Positions 49,855 to 62,899 of a DNA stretch of 64,000 nt are shown piece by piece. Each line of letters starts with the position of its first letter. Position 1 is the stretch's first letter. This DNA comes from Dipteris shenzhenensis (lineage: Eukaryota). Below the pieces are notes generated by a model. The model was given only the letters and a program-made list of their open reading frames with translations, ran no database searches and was not told where the DNA came from. A program made the position numbers and the translations under genes. The DNA lies in the NCBI GenBank assembly GCA_047967505.1, contig CM106538.1; one strand, 5' to 3'.

Positions 49855-52800
49855 GAACTAAATCTAGTGTACAATTAGTCATTTGTGGTGTGCTATCTAG
49901 CTATGACCTCTCTCCTCATCTCCACTCATCTCCTCTCCCCTCTTCATATTTGGTTATGGTATCAAAGCTCCCTTGCCTTTCACTGAGGCATTGTGATCAT
50001 TGCGAGAGAGATTGAGATTGAGAGATTGAGTGTTCCATTCACTTTCATAGAGTGATAGAAAATTTCCGTCCACTGGTGAGAGAAAAATTACGTCCATTAT
50101 TTTGAGAGAGACTTAGAATCTCGAGCAGATTAAGATCCTTGGTACATCGACAGCGGTGCATCATCTCATATGACAAAACATTAAGAATGATTCACAAAGA
50201 TGAAACCATTAGAAGGATAGAAGAATGTCATCTACACAGCAGATAATACACTGAATCGAGCTCAAGGGAAAGGCATTGTCCCTATGAACAATTTCACTAG
50301 TACGAAAGGATTGGTGAAAGATGCACTTTATGTTCTGAAACTCAATAAGAACCTCTTATCCATTGGTCAAATGACAGAACACAACTATCGACTCATCTTC
50401 GATGGATATGAATGCCTGATCAGAGACAAATCTAGAGGATATCAGCTAGTTTGAAAAACAATCAAGGAAGGACGCTTGTTTAGAATGCTAGCAACGGTAC
50501 CAGATTTGCATGCCATGTCAGCTCAACCATAATAGATGCCGCTTTCTTCAAAATGGCACAAGAGATATGGACATGTCTTTTTCAAAAGCTTGATAGAGCT
50601 CAGAAATCAGAATACGACAATTGGAATTCCTAAGCTTCAGTTTCTTGGAAAAGTTTGTGAAGCATGCTACTTTGAAAAGCACCGAATGTGGAGGAAATGG
50701 CGCCACCAGCTAACCAATTTCGATAGAAGCACCTCTCAAGCTAGAGGTATTCTTGATTTGATACATACAGATGTATGGGATTATGCCCAGACCCGTAGCA
50801 TCAATGGTTCACTTTACTACTTGAATTTCATCGACGACTATAGCAGATATTGTTGGGTCTACTTTTTGAAAGAGAAATCTAAATTCTTTTCCAAATTTCA
50901 AGAATTCAAAGCCATGGTAGAAAACCAAACATGTAAAAATATTAAAGTCATGAGATCAAATAGAGGAGATGAATACATGCGTTCAGCATTCATGAACTTG
51001 AAGAAGTCACGGCATTCAAAGAAATTGTCTTCTTTGAAGAAAAAAAATAGCAAATTATCTTTGTATTTATTCATCCTTAGATACAATGGTGGTCTCTTTG
51101 TGAAATGTAGAACAGTTAATTGGTTGTATACTGACCGAGTATATAGCTTTAAGGGCTAATTATGCATTTGACCTTTCTATATAACTTCAGATTTTTAAGT
51201 AACAATTTGCCATTTATCCGTCCTTGGATATGACTGCTTCACGCAGTTGGAATTTATAATTTGAAAATGTTGCATTTAGTTGGATTCAAAGGTCCTATTT
51301 TCTTATGACTGCTTCATTCAGTTGGAGTTTATAATTTGAAAATGTTTCCCTGAGTTGGACTTTATCATTTGATGGACATTTTTCAATAATACAGTATGAT
51401 TCTATAGCTTGCAATTCATTTAGGATTTGTGGTCACCAGCCCAGTGGCTAAATTTCTTCCGAATCAGTATTGAGCAGAAATAATTGCCACTGCAAACTAC
51501 TTGCTTAATCGACTTTCGACCGAATCGATTCAGGATATGACACCTTATGAAGCATTCACTGGACACAAGCCACGCATTAGGCATCTCCGCATATTTTGTT
51601 GCATAGCATATGCCCACATACATGATGATCATCACAGAAAATTGGATCGAAGTCACGTAAATGCATCATGGTTGGCTATAGTGAAGATAGCAAAGCATAC
51701 AAGTTGTATGATCCCATCAACCGAAAGGTCATCATCTCCAGAGATGTAATCAGAATGGAAAACCTCAAATACACAAAAAATGGACACACCGATTACACAG
51801 TCATCTTTAAAAAAAAGTTGATAAAGAAGAGCAAGAATTGCCAGAAGCATCCCAAGAAGAGCCGCAACAACTCAAACGGTCTACTAGGGAAAGTAGACCT
51901 CCAGCCAGATTGGCATATACTCAAAAAGGCAAAGCGATTCAAGTTGAAACTACCAATTATACTCTTATGACTACCATCATGGCTATAGAAGAGCCAGTGT
52001 ACTTCGAAGACGCAATTGATAAGCCAGAATAGCAAACTGCTATGAAGAAATGAAAGCTTTGTACAAGAACAGTACTTAGAAATTATGTGACCTTCCACCA
52101 AGAAAGAAGGCAATTGTAAATAAATGGGTTTACAAAGGAAAGTACAATCCAGATGGAAGCATTGAAAGATACAAAGCTAGACTAGTTGCAAAAGGATTTG
52201 CACAACAATATGGTCAAAACTATGATGAGACTTATACTCAAGTAGTAAAGATGGATTCCATACGGTTCTTGATATCACTAGCGACACTCAACAGATGGAA
52301 TGTATACCAACTCGATGTCAAGAATGCTTTTCTCAATGGTTACCTCAAGAAGGAAGTCTACATGCACCAACCAACAAGTAATGTTGAAGCAAGAAAAGAG
52401 AATCAAGTTTGCCATCTCAAGAAAAGTCTCTATGGCTTAAAGCAAGCACCCAAAAGTTGATACAGCAGAATCAACAAGTATTTTGCTAATCTGGGATACA
52501 TGAAATCCAATGCAGATCATACTCTCTACTACAAAGTTTAAGGGGAAAACATAACTATTGCACTTTTGTACGTAGATGATCTCATTGTGACCGGAAGCAA
52601 GGATAGCTTCATCAAGAAATTGAAACAAGAATTATTTGCAGAGTTCAACATGAAAGATCTTGGACTTATTCACTATTGTCTTGGAATTGAGTTCTGAAGA
52701 GATTCAGACAGCACCTTTATAAATTAATTGAAATATGTTGACAGTCTCTTGAAATATGTTGACAGTCTCCTGAAGAAGTTTCATATGACAGATTGCAAGA

Positions 52801-53853
52801 TTACAGTCACTCCCATCATCGAACAGAGTTTAAAACAAAAGATTCAAAAAATCCTATCGTCAATGACAGGTACTTTCGGCAACTCATTGGATCTCTTATA
52901 TATCTGGCCATCACACGGCCATATATTTGTTATGCAGTAAGTTCACTTGCACAGTTTATGTCAAATCCAAAACTATCTCACTGGAATGCAACCAAAAGAG
53001 TCTTAAGATACATCAAAGATACAAGATAGTTTGGAATACAATACAGAGAAAGTCATCCAAGGTTGCATGGATACTATGACAGTGACTATGCCATAGATCA
53101 TGAGACCATGAGATCGACACATAGATATGCATTTTTCCTTGGTCAAGATGCTATATCATGCTTGTCAAACAGACAATTGTTTCCATGTCTTCCACTGAAG
53201 CAACATATAGAGCACTCACTACAGGTGCTTGAAGGCTATTGTCAAAAACACACTACTTTGATAAATCAAAGCCAACAACAATATGCTGTGATAATCAATC
53301 GAGTCAAGCATTGGCCAAGAATATAGTATCACTCCAAGATAAAGCACATTGATGTCAGAGAGTACTTCATCAAAGAAAGAGTGTTACTTAAGGGACATCA
53401 CACTGCAGCATTGTGATAGCAAAGAAAATGTTGCAGACATCTTTATCAAACCACTGGGTAAAGAGCTATTTAAGAAGCACCGATAAGCTCTTGGTTTGAC
53501 GCAGAGGAAGGACATACCCATTAAGGGGGTGTGATGGAATGTAATGCTCAATCCTTCTTCGCTTCCCCAAAATCATCATCTGGAGGGAAGGCCTACTTCA
53601 TGATGTTGATCTTGAGGAAAGGTGTTGAAAAACCATGCTCAACATCATATGATCATATGTGCATAGCACTAACACATATAGAGTGCTAAAAAGGAAAGGG
53701 TTAGATGCCCTAACCCTAACCCTAAAAGAGCTTGTATATATTCTACATTTGCAACTAAATCTAGTGTATAGTTAGTCATTTGTGGTGTGCTCTCTAGCTA
53801 TGCCTTCTCTCCTCATCTCCACTCTTCTCCTCTCCCCTCTTCATCTTTTGTCA
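49855..53853 (+). mobile_element. Ty1/Copia retrotransposon, decayed, gag-deleted, 5' LTR truncated
   Basis: Partial 5' LTR 49855-49956 matches the end of the 3' LTR (~53532-53853, TG..CA). PBS tggtatcaaagc at 49957. Protease WYIDSGASSHMT at ~50138. Integrase LDLIHTDVW..FIDDYSRYCWVYFLKEK. RT YQLDVKNAFLNG, LKKSLYGLKQAP, YVDD (~52568). RNase H KHIDVR, ADIFIKPL. PPT taagggggtg. Confidence 0.92.
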
Positions 53854-53883
53854 GGAGGTCATTGGTAAGGCTAACAATCATCG

Positions 53884-54350
53884 ATGCAAAATATGAAATA
53901 TCATTATCGTGGGAAGTTTGGCCATTTCGCTCATGATTGTTATCACAAACAAAATGATTTGAGAGGGGATAGAGTACATGATGCTACAAATCATTTGTTT
54001 GCCATGAAGCACGTAGTGGGCTCCATGATCACACATGGAGACAGTGATGAAACATGGCATATGGATTCTGGAGCGTTAAATCTCATGACTTGGCTTGGTG
54101 AGTGGTTTGAGTATATGAAACCAATGAAAGTAAATGATTATATCATAGGATGATATTCAACATGCTATCACTCATGTTGGTAGTGTGCTATTGGTGATGC
54201 ATAATGGCGAGAGAAAAATCGATGTCAAATATCTTATATATGCCTTCTATCCCAAAGAATTTGGCCTCTATTAATCAAATGGTTGAGCAAGGGTTACAGA
54301 TTGTACAATTATTGCCAAAAGGTAGGTTGTTCAAATTGGATGCAAGCACA
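53884..54350 (+). pseudogene. Fragment of an older Copia (gag knuckle and protease)
   Basis: YHYRGKFGHFAHDC, WHMDSGALNLMT and NILYMPSIPKNLASINQMVEQG. Confidence 0.75.
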
Positions 54351-55615
54351 AATATAGGATTATTTCTCATTGGGATACACTCATGACCTAGACACTTCCA
54401 AAGCCATAATGCCTAAGTGCGCTGTGATACTTTCTTTAATTACACAACTTCCCCTAGAGTAATGCTCTCTTGAAAATTATTTTCATCACTTGCAAACTTC
54501 TCATTTCCATTGGCATTATTGGCCCCAAAAATCCATGTTGGTGCCCCTTTCAGTATTTCTTTTTATTCAATTGGACAGTTCAATTACACAGAACACTACC
54601 CGCAGGTAATTTCCAATAACCTCGGATCCAGCCTAGCCCGGAAACAAACTTGTTGCCCTAACTGGGCCCTGTGGGTGCCAAAACTAGTGCAATCAATCAG
54701 TCCTCATCATGGGACAGGCCAAGCACAGCAAATACAGCATCCAAGAATCAATTTCCTGGTCAACAACATGTACCAATCCCAATATAGGGACAATCCACCT
54801 CAGCCAAAGGGACAAATCCTCAGCAAAATCCAACCTGTATCCACGGAATAGCATGCAGAGGGAGAAGAGGAAAGGGTAATGAAGTAAGGAATCAAGATAG
54901 GTTAGAAGAAACTTGTCTCCACCATGGTAAGGATTAAAAGGAGATTTTGGGGCCCAGTAAGTTTTAAACATTGAAAATAGCAATAAAGCTCCCCGCATCC
55001 AAGAACTGCTGCTGCTCCCCACTCCTCCTGCTCCCCTCCTCACTGCTCTCCTCGCTCCCTGCTGCTGCTGCTCCCCCGCTCCCTGCTGCTCCTCCTGCTC
55101 CCCCCCTCGCTGCCCCCTCCCTTCCCTGCTGCTGCTGCTCCTCTCCCCGCTCCCTGTTGCCTCTCTCCCCACTCCCTGCTGCTTGCCCCCTCCCTTCCCC
55201 TACCTGCCCTCTCCCCCGCACTGCCCCTTCCCCCGCGCTGCAGCCTCCCCCCCCTGCGCTGCAGCCTCCTCCCCCCCCGCGCCCGCTGCTGCCCTGCGCT
55301 GCAGCCTGCTGCTCCCCCCCCGCACCCGCTGCTGCTCTCCCCCGCTGCAGCCTGCTGCTCCCCCCCCCGCTCCTGTTGCTGCTTTCCCCCCGCAGCAGCC
55401 TCTCCTCCCCTCTCCTTCCCCTCTCCTCTACTCCTCTTCTCCCCCTCACCTCCACTCCTCCTCTCCCCTATCTTCCCCTCCTCTTCCCTCCTCCCTTCTT
55501 CATCACCCTCTCCTTCTGGATTACCCCTATTCTCCTATAGGGGTCTCCTGGGATTCAGGAAAGCGGACAGAATTTTATTTTGTGTTTGAATCGGCCAACA
55601 CACCTCGATTGACGA

Positions 55616-56980
55616 TTGGGTTTCCATTCAATCAATCCGTCTCCGCTCACACCGGCCGCGAGAATTGTCACTTTTTCAAAAGATGAGCTACAGCAGTTGC
55701 AAAAGGATTTCGAACATGAGTGTTCCACGACTCTCTTCGCACGCATTCATGGTTCACACCCCTCCAGGTTACAAGCTAGAGATTGGATGCTATCGGCGCT
55801 TCCTCAGGACCTCGCCCCCCACCTCAAGGATGTTCGTTTGTTGGGACGGGGTTTCTTTCAAGTGTGCCTAGATTCCCCGGACGTCACGAGAGACCTGCTA
55901 CAGGCCGGGTTTCTACTTCTAGGCTACAGGAGGATCTTCTTGTTTCCTTTCCAACTGGGATTTGACCCAGTTGAAGAGGACAAGCAGGGAGTTTCTGTTT
56001 TCATCAGGTTCCCTGGTCTTCCCTCAGTTTATCACCGGCTTGTTTCAGTTATTGGCGAGAGGTTTGGTGTGGTGGCAAAGATCCCCCCTCTCCCTGGCGA
56101 GCCCTCTTCGGCTGCTGAGGCGGTCATGATGGACGGGGTTCCCAGGGTTAGGGTCATTGTCCAGGACCCCAATATTTCAGATGACCACATCATGTTACAG
56201 CGACCCGATGGGTCTTTCTTCCACCAGAGATTTGAGGTTGCAGGTCGGCAAGACCAGTGCAGGATTTGCAGACCCTCGGGGCACTTCGCCAGAGATTGCC
56301 CAAAGAAGAAAAAGAGGCCCACAAAGCAACCAGCTCGTACTAGCTTACGACAGAGAGCTGGAGCGCTCCACGGACACGGCCTCAGACACAGGCTCCCCCC
56401 TCTCCTAGGGCTACTCGAGTCCCTTCGGCACCCGGCGCCACCGCTGGCCCATGGTGGGTTCCGATCACGGCTAGGCCCTCTACTCTAGTTCACTCCTCCT
56501 CCTCTTCGGAGGCTACCCCCTTGGAGCCACAGGAGGAGACTACTGTTCAGGAGCCTTGTTCGACTCCACCCTTGGATCAGGCTATACCTTCCTCAGCAGC
56601 GCAGGTTGTTGGCACCTCGTCTACACCACTTTTTGATAAGGATCCAATACAGGTGCCTCCCTCTTTGGACAGAGGGAAGGGGGTTTTACATTCTCTTCCT
56701 GCTTCGGTAGGAATCCTTGGTACCCCCTCCCCAGGATTGGCTCAGCGGAACTCTTTTTCCGCTTTGGAGGACCTCTCTAGCCTCCCAGATGATGATTTTG
56801 TACCCTCTACTTTTGGAGAGCCAGTTATCGGCTTCCCTGTTGAGAGATCCTTCTCTCTCACCTGTGGACTTTCCTCCCCTTGGACCTCGTGTGTATGGCA
56901 GGAGGTCTGCTCCGGTAGAGGCTTCTGTTTCCACCACCAGGTCGGGTAAGGTATTCCAACCCACTTCCTCCGGCGATGAG
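55616..56980 (+). pseudogene. LINE ORF1 (RRM/DUF4283-type region plus CCHC knuckle), frameshifted
   Basis: VRLLGRGFFQVCL, VFIRFPGLP, IGERFGVV, PRVRVIV and CRICRPSGHFARDC. The true start and the C-terminal part are broken across frames. Confidence 0.8.
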
Positions 56981-59900
56981 GATAGCCAGTTGGAATATAC
57001 AGGGATTGGGCGGCATCCCTCATCGCCGTCGCAGACAGCTGATCAGGAATCAGCTCCATCCAGGTGTTTCAGGTGGTTCCCTAGACATTCTTTTTCTTCA
57101 GGAACACAAACTGGATATCAGAGATTGCTCCAAGTCAGGTAAGCTGCTCTCAGGCCGGACTTTTTGGCTTCCTGCCTTGGGAACCAGAGGAGGTACATGC
57201 ATTTCAGTTTCAGACTCTGTTCTCCCTCTGGTCATTGGATACGGTACCATAACCCCCTCCAGGGCCCAGTGGGTTTTACTTCTGATTCACGGACGTAAGG
57301 TTGGTTTCCTCAACCTTTATGCTCCGAACAACAGAGGGGACCGTGTTTTGTTTTGGAAAGAGTTGCTCTCGTGGGCTAACATTGCGGATTCATGGATTAT
57401 TAGAGGTGACTTCAACATGGTTGAGGCACCTTCGGATAAGAAAGGGGGTAGAGAAGGTGGTATCCACTCCCTTGAGAGAGCAAGCTGGGATGCCTTCTTG
57501 TTCAGGTTCAGTGGCAGAGATGTTTGGTCAGATGATGCATTTCTTGTTCAGTCTCAGTCACTTTTGTTTTCATGGTCGAACCATAGAGTGCAGATGCCTA
57601 TCCATGCTCGGATTGACAGATTCTATGTGGGTGACTGGGCTCTTGACAGAGGGGGGACAGTTTGCATTGCACCCGGTGTTTCCACTTCAGACTATTTTCC
57701 GGTAATTTTGTCCATTTCAGAGCCTCATCTGAGAGGACGTTCTCACAGTATCAGGATCCCAGACGCCTTATACACGGATGAGACTCTCACAGAGGCAGTG
57801 TTGGAGATCTAGGTTTCTCATATGCAGGGGGGGTGGCCGGTCCTTCACATGTGGCCACAGCACTTGACAGTATCAGCGACTTCTATCACTCAGTTGCTAG
57901 TGCTCGGCGTGGTGAGGTACTCAGGCGAGAGATCGGTATCGGCCAGCAGTTGGCAGCCCTTCAGAGGGAGGAGCAGAAACGACCTTCAGATGCTTGGATA
58001 CAGGAGCGCCTTGCTACGGCAAGGGCTCACTTATAGACCTTGCTTGATCAGAGAGCAGAGTATGCCTTCCATGCACGGGAGTATGCCTTCCATGCACGGG
58101 AGTCCTTTTGGATACAGATGGGAGGGAGAGTCAATAAACACTTTTTCTCTACACTTGGTCCCAGACGTAGTAGAGAGAGTGTCAGGCAGCTTATTGACTC
58201 TGATGGCGTTTTGCAGCCCCATCCGGAGACCGTCATGCATTTAGCGACAGATTTTTATACCTCCCTTCTTTCCGCAGATCCGAACTCACCGGCCAGAGAG
58301 GTGGCTAGAGATGAAGTTTGGCATAGTTTACCTGTGTTGGTCACCCCAGAGATGTTATGCTCACTTGATGCACGCTTTACCAACACAGAATTCAAGACTG
58401 CTCTTTCTGCCCTTCATAAGGGCAAGTGCCCTGGTTCCGATGGTCTTACTCCCTCTTTTTTTATAGCCTTTTGGGATATGATAGGTAATCATATTACTTC
58501 AGCCCTGCAGGGCATTTGGGACTCGGGCGAGATGCCTGACTCACTGACCGAGGGACTCATTCACCTTATCCCGAAAGGTGGCAACAGGAATTTTGTATCC
58601 CATTGGAGACCCATCACTCTTTTGGGCACTCTTTACAAAATCCTTGCCAAGGCGATCAGCATCCGACTACAGCCCCTTCTTCCAGATCTCATCCATGATA
58701 CTCAGACAGGCTTTGCGCATGGCAGGAGCATTTTTGATAATATCTTTTCCTTTTGGGAAGCCACAGAGTGGGCTATGCAGAGTGGACAGAGGCTAGCAGT
58801 TTTACTCTTGGACTTCGAGAAAGCCTATGACAGAGTAGATTGGGGTTTTCTTGAGGGCACTCTTCTACGGTTTTGATTTTCAGATGCTTGGATCAGAGGG
58901 GTGGCCTCCCTTTACAGATCAGCCCACAGCCAGGTTTTGATTGGAGGGGTAAGGGGTGACAGGTTTCAAATTTCCAGATCAGTTCGTCAGGGATGTCCTT
59001 TAGCCCCCTTCCTCTTCTTTTTGTGGCAGAAGCTATAGTATCTTCCTTAGATCTCAGGCTGAGCTTTTTGGGCTGAGACTGCCCTTGAGACAGGAGCAGG
59101 AGCAGGAGCTTTTTGACTGTGAATTGGCTGATGACACTACTATTTTTATTCAGGCCTCCTTGCAGTCACTTGATTCTTTCCGGACAGCCTTGGATATTTT
59201 TTGCTCAGCTGCCGGGACACACATTAACTGGCATAAATCCTTTGGCTTTGGGATCAGTGATGAAGACACTCCAGGCCAGGGAGTTGACATTGGTTTTTCT
59301 TGGATTCAGAGGGGTGTTCCTATCAGGTATTTGGGATGCCAGGTAGGATTGGACATCTCTCCAGCACAGCAGTTTGCCCCAGTACTAGAAAGTATAAGGA
59401 AAAAGCTCCTTTTATGGAGCTCTGCCAAACTCGACCTTGCATCTAGAGTTGTGGTAGTGAACCAGGTTCTCTTGGCCACCTCCTCGTTCGTGTGTTCTTG
59501 CTGGTGCCGGTCTAGGGATTGCATCACTCAGCTCATCAGAGCAGTCAGGAATTTTTTATGGAGTGGACTTGATGGCACAGCAGATGTTGCAGCAAGGGTG
59601 GCCTGGGAGACTATTATTCTACCTACATGTGAAGGGGGCCTTAATGTCATTGACCCGGACTTGCAGTGTAGGGCTTTGCTTTGTAAGGTGGTGGTGAGGG
59701 GACTCATGCCTGGGTAGGAACCTTGGAAGGATTTCTTTTTTGGACGCATTCACGCTTGCACACCAACCTTGGGAGATGATTGGGTGGACAGCCCTCGATG
59801 GATTTTCACATCAGCCCCTCTCAGATCTCCTGCCTCTCCTCTCATGACTGCCATCCTGAAAGCTTGGGGGAGCTTCAGGAACACTCTTCGAAGGATTCCA

Positions 59901-61334
59901 CCTTCTACCGTCGAAGAGATTGATAGGCAGCCGATCATTTGGAATGATAGCATTCTTGACGAGCATGCCAGACCACTGGGCACTTCCCATTACATGCAGT
60001 GGTCTAAATGGGAGAGAGGCCCCGCCTACACAGTAGGCACTTGGAAATCTTTAATTAGGCTACCTGTGGATCAGAGACAGCAGTCCGTGAGTCACCTCAG
60101 AGGGGTAGCACGCAAGATTCAGCAGATAGATGCAACCATCCCGGTGGAATGGACAGTTGAGCTGCCTATTACTTCCACCACTTGGATGGGGGCTTTTTCA
60201 AGGACATCAGTTCCTTTACAGGTGATCGCTCTCTGAGGTCTAGGGGAAGACGCACTAGTCTTTGATGTTGGGGATGGAGGTTTACTTTCTACATCCAAGG
60301 ATGGCATTCTTCTTGAGGTTGCCTTTCAACCTGTCAGGATTGCTGGTTTTGTGGACCTTGGAGCGGGCTTGCAGTGGTACTTAGACCCCGACCCTCTGCA
60401 CTTGGCCTTGGGATCCTGGAGGTTGTGGTTATATGGAGGTGCACCTATCAGGTGCTTGCAGTGGGACCCAGGAGAGTGGAAATGGAAAGATCATGGGCAC
60501 CAAGAGAGGGGGATTTCCTTCTTTCATTTCACGATTGGTAATGCCAGGAGGTTTCAGCTGAACAGTAGGGGTTGGATTCCCTCCAGAGCCCCCCATTGGG
60601 AAAGCTTCTTCATCACCGCAAACTTGCGTAGAAATTTTTGGAGGCGGCTCTGGAAATCCCTCAGAAATAGAAAGATCACTCTTTTCTTTTGGCTTTCTAT
60701 TCATGAAGGGATCGCAGTGAACCTGTGGAGATCACAATTTGGGGCTGATCCCACTTGTCCTCGATGCCATTCTGCAGAGGAGTCAGTGCGACATTGCCTT
60801 TGGGACTGCAGTCAGGCGAGGACTGTTTGGAAAGGGATTGCTCGGATACTCAGCATCTTTCACACTTCCCCTTTCTTCATGACTTGGGGCTCGATCGCAT
60901 GGTTATCTCTTACCGGGCCCCAGGTGTTTTATGAGGGTGAGCCTTCTTCTTGGGCACTCTCGATCCGCCGGCAGGTGATAGAGCCCTGCTCTCTACAGGA
61001 TGTACCACTTACTCCCTTTAGAGCTTCTCATGTTTCAGTGGACACCTCTTGGGAGATTTTGGCTAGCATTTCCTCTTGGCACATTTGGAGAGCCAGATGT
61101 ACTGAGGCCTTGGATGGCACCCAGATACACCCAGTACAGGTGTTCACGGGTATTTGGTCTGACACGGTTCACACTTTGATAGCCATATGGGCTAGCATGC
61201 AGGGCCCTTCACGGGCAGCCTCTTCTATAAGGACTTTATTTCTTCGAGTTTGGAGAGGTTCTCCCTTTTTCTCAGAGGTTTCTACCGGATTGAGATGGCA
61301 CTATCAGCCTCAATCCTTTCTTTTTGGCTCTTGA
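56976..61334 (+). pseudogene. LINE ORF2 (APE endonuclease, RT, zf-RVT) with in-frame stops and frameshifts
   Basis: SWNIQGL, LQEHKL, NLYAPN, GDFN, RIDRFY (endonuclease); KCPGSDG, WRPITLL..YKILAK, LDFEKAYDRVDW, RQGCPLAP, LADDT, RYLG (RT); CPRCHSAEESVRHCLWDC. Stops end at 57812, 58036, 58876, 59717 and 60236. Confidence 0.93.
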
Positions 61335-62899
61335 GCTTTTCGTGCATTGCATGATGTATCCCGTATGGAGCTTGCTCTAACGGTTTTTCTTTAATACTTA
61401 ATAGAAGTCTCTTTTTGCCCCAAAAAAAAAAAACATTGAAAATAAAAGGGTTGACAGAAGGGAAATAATCAAGATTACATCTCTTTTTCCATCAAGAGGG
61501 GAGTTTGTTCAAGACATAAAATCTAGGAGTTTGATGTTGGAAAGATTAGATCAATAGGGATTCAAGGTTTATAACATGAATTTGGGTTTGGAGAAAAGAG
61601 TGAGAGTAGATCTAAGTTTTGAATGTAAGGGATCAAAGAGAATTTTAGGTTTAAAAGGAGTTTAAAGTTGAGAAATATTATTGTGGAGTGGAATAGTAGT
61701 AGGAGAACATGGGAGAAGAGTAAAAGAAATTAGGAAGTAGGTAGAGACAATGAGAAGAGGGACAGACTATGGCAGGGACTATGGGAAAAGACGAGGGATT
61801 GTGTAAAGGGACATGGGTGATTGCAGTTGCACAAAACGAGAAGATTAAGAGTAGGAGTAGGATGATTATTAGGTTAAGGAGACTATGGGTGATTGCAATT
61901 GTACAAAGGAGAAAGAGTGAGAGTAGGAGTAGGAGGATTAAAAGGTTTAGGAGTGGGGGTTGCAAACAAGAGCATGAACTTAGTACATAGTTGGGAGTGC
62001 AAGGCGTAGGATGACTTGAGTGAGTGCACAAGTACACAAAAAGTGAGTTGAACACAAGCACTAAAAGAGTGTTGGGTTCATTCCTACAAGAGAGATTTAT
62101 ATATGAGTTTTGATGCTCTCTTTAGAATTATTCTCTCTAGAATCTCATATTAATCCGTCCCTTACATGTCTTGCATTGTCTTGGAATAATCAAAACTCAA
62201 TTTGGAGCTTAGAACAAAAGTTCTTATGCTAGCTTTATCATGCAACACTCTAGTGAACCCTCTCACCCTCTCTCTTACTAGATCTAGTCTTCTTTATCTA
62301 ACAAGAACATTGAAATTCTTTAAAAGCATCTAGATGTAGTTGAGAGTGTTGTGGTCAAATCTATCAAATATTCTCACATTTAATTTATTACAACCAGAGC
62401 TTTGCTACTATCAAACACAGTCGAAGCTAAGGTAGGGGAGAAGGAGCTCATAGGTGGGCATAGTGTTCTCATCACTTATTCTCAGGAGCTCGTCAAATTT
62501 TGTAAAAGCTTCTATTAGAAGCCTACACCATGAAGGAAAGAACCCAAGCCAAGATGGAGGCAATAAATGAGTGCATAAACACCAACCCCACTTTATTTGA
62601 AGGACAAGAAGGCATATTAAGTCTATTGAGCTCTACAAAAGTATGAAAGAGATGAATAACGATATAGTCCCCATCATGGACGGCCTACTGAGAATATAAA
62701 GAGAATTGACAACGAAGCTTGCCAAAAAGAAACCCATTTAATCAAGACACATCACCCTACTCAATGTCTCCTTAAACCATCAACAAAGTGCTTAGTAAGA
62801 AATCACCTAGTATTGAGTAAAATCATCAAAATTTCTTGATCTATTTTCCCAAACACATATATATCCTAGATACTAGGAGAATTTGCTCATTTTATTGAC

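Larger units (their letters stand above)
54980..61430 (+). mobile_element. Full-length L1-clade LINE (~6.45 kb), inactivated
   Basis: 14-bp TSD aaacattgaaaata at 54966-54979 and 61431-61444. Poly-A at 61422-61430. C-rich 5' UTR, then ORF1 and ORF2. Confidence 0.95.

Noticed and set aside
53708-53726. (CCCTAA)3 telomere-like tract
   Set aside because: Only three units inside an LTR; too short to call an interstitial telomere.
54693-55686. Pro/Ala/Cys-rich and Gly/Arg-rich ORFs on both strands
   Set aside because: Low-complexity LINE 5' UTR, open in several frames, with no domain signal.
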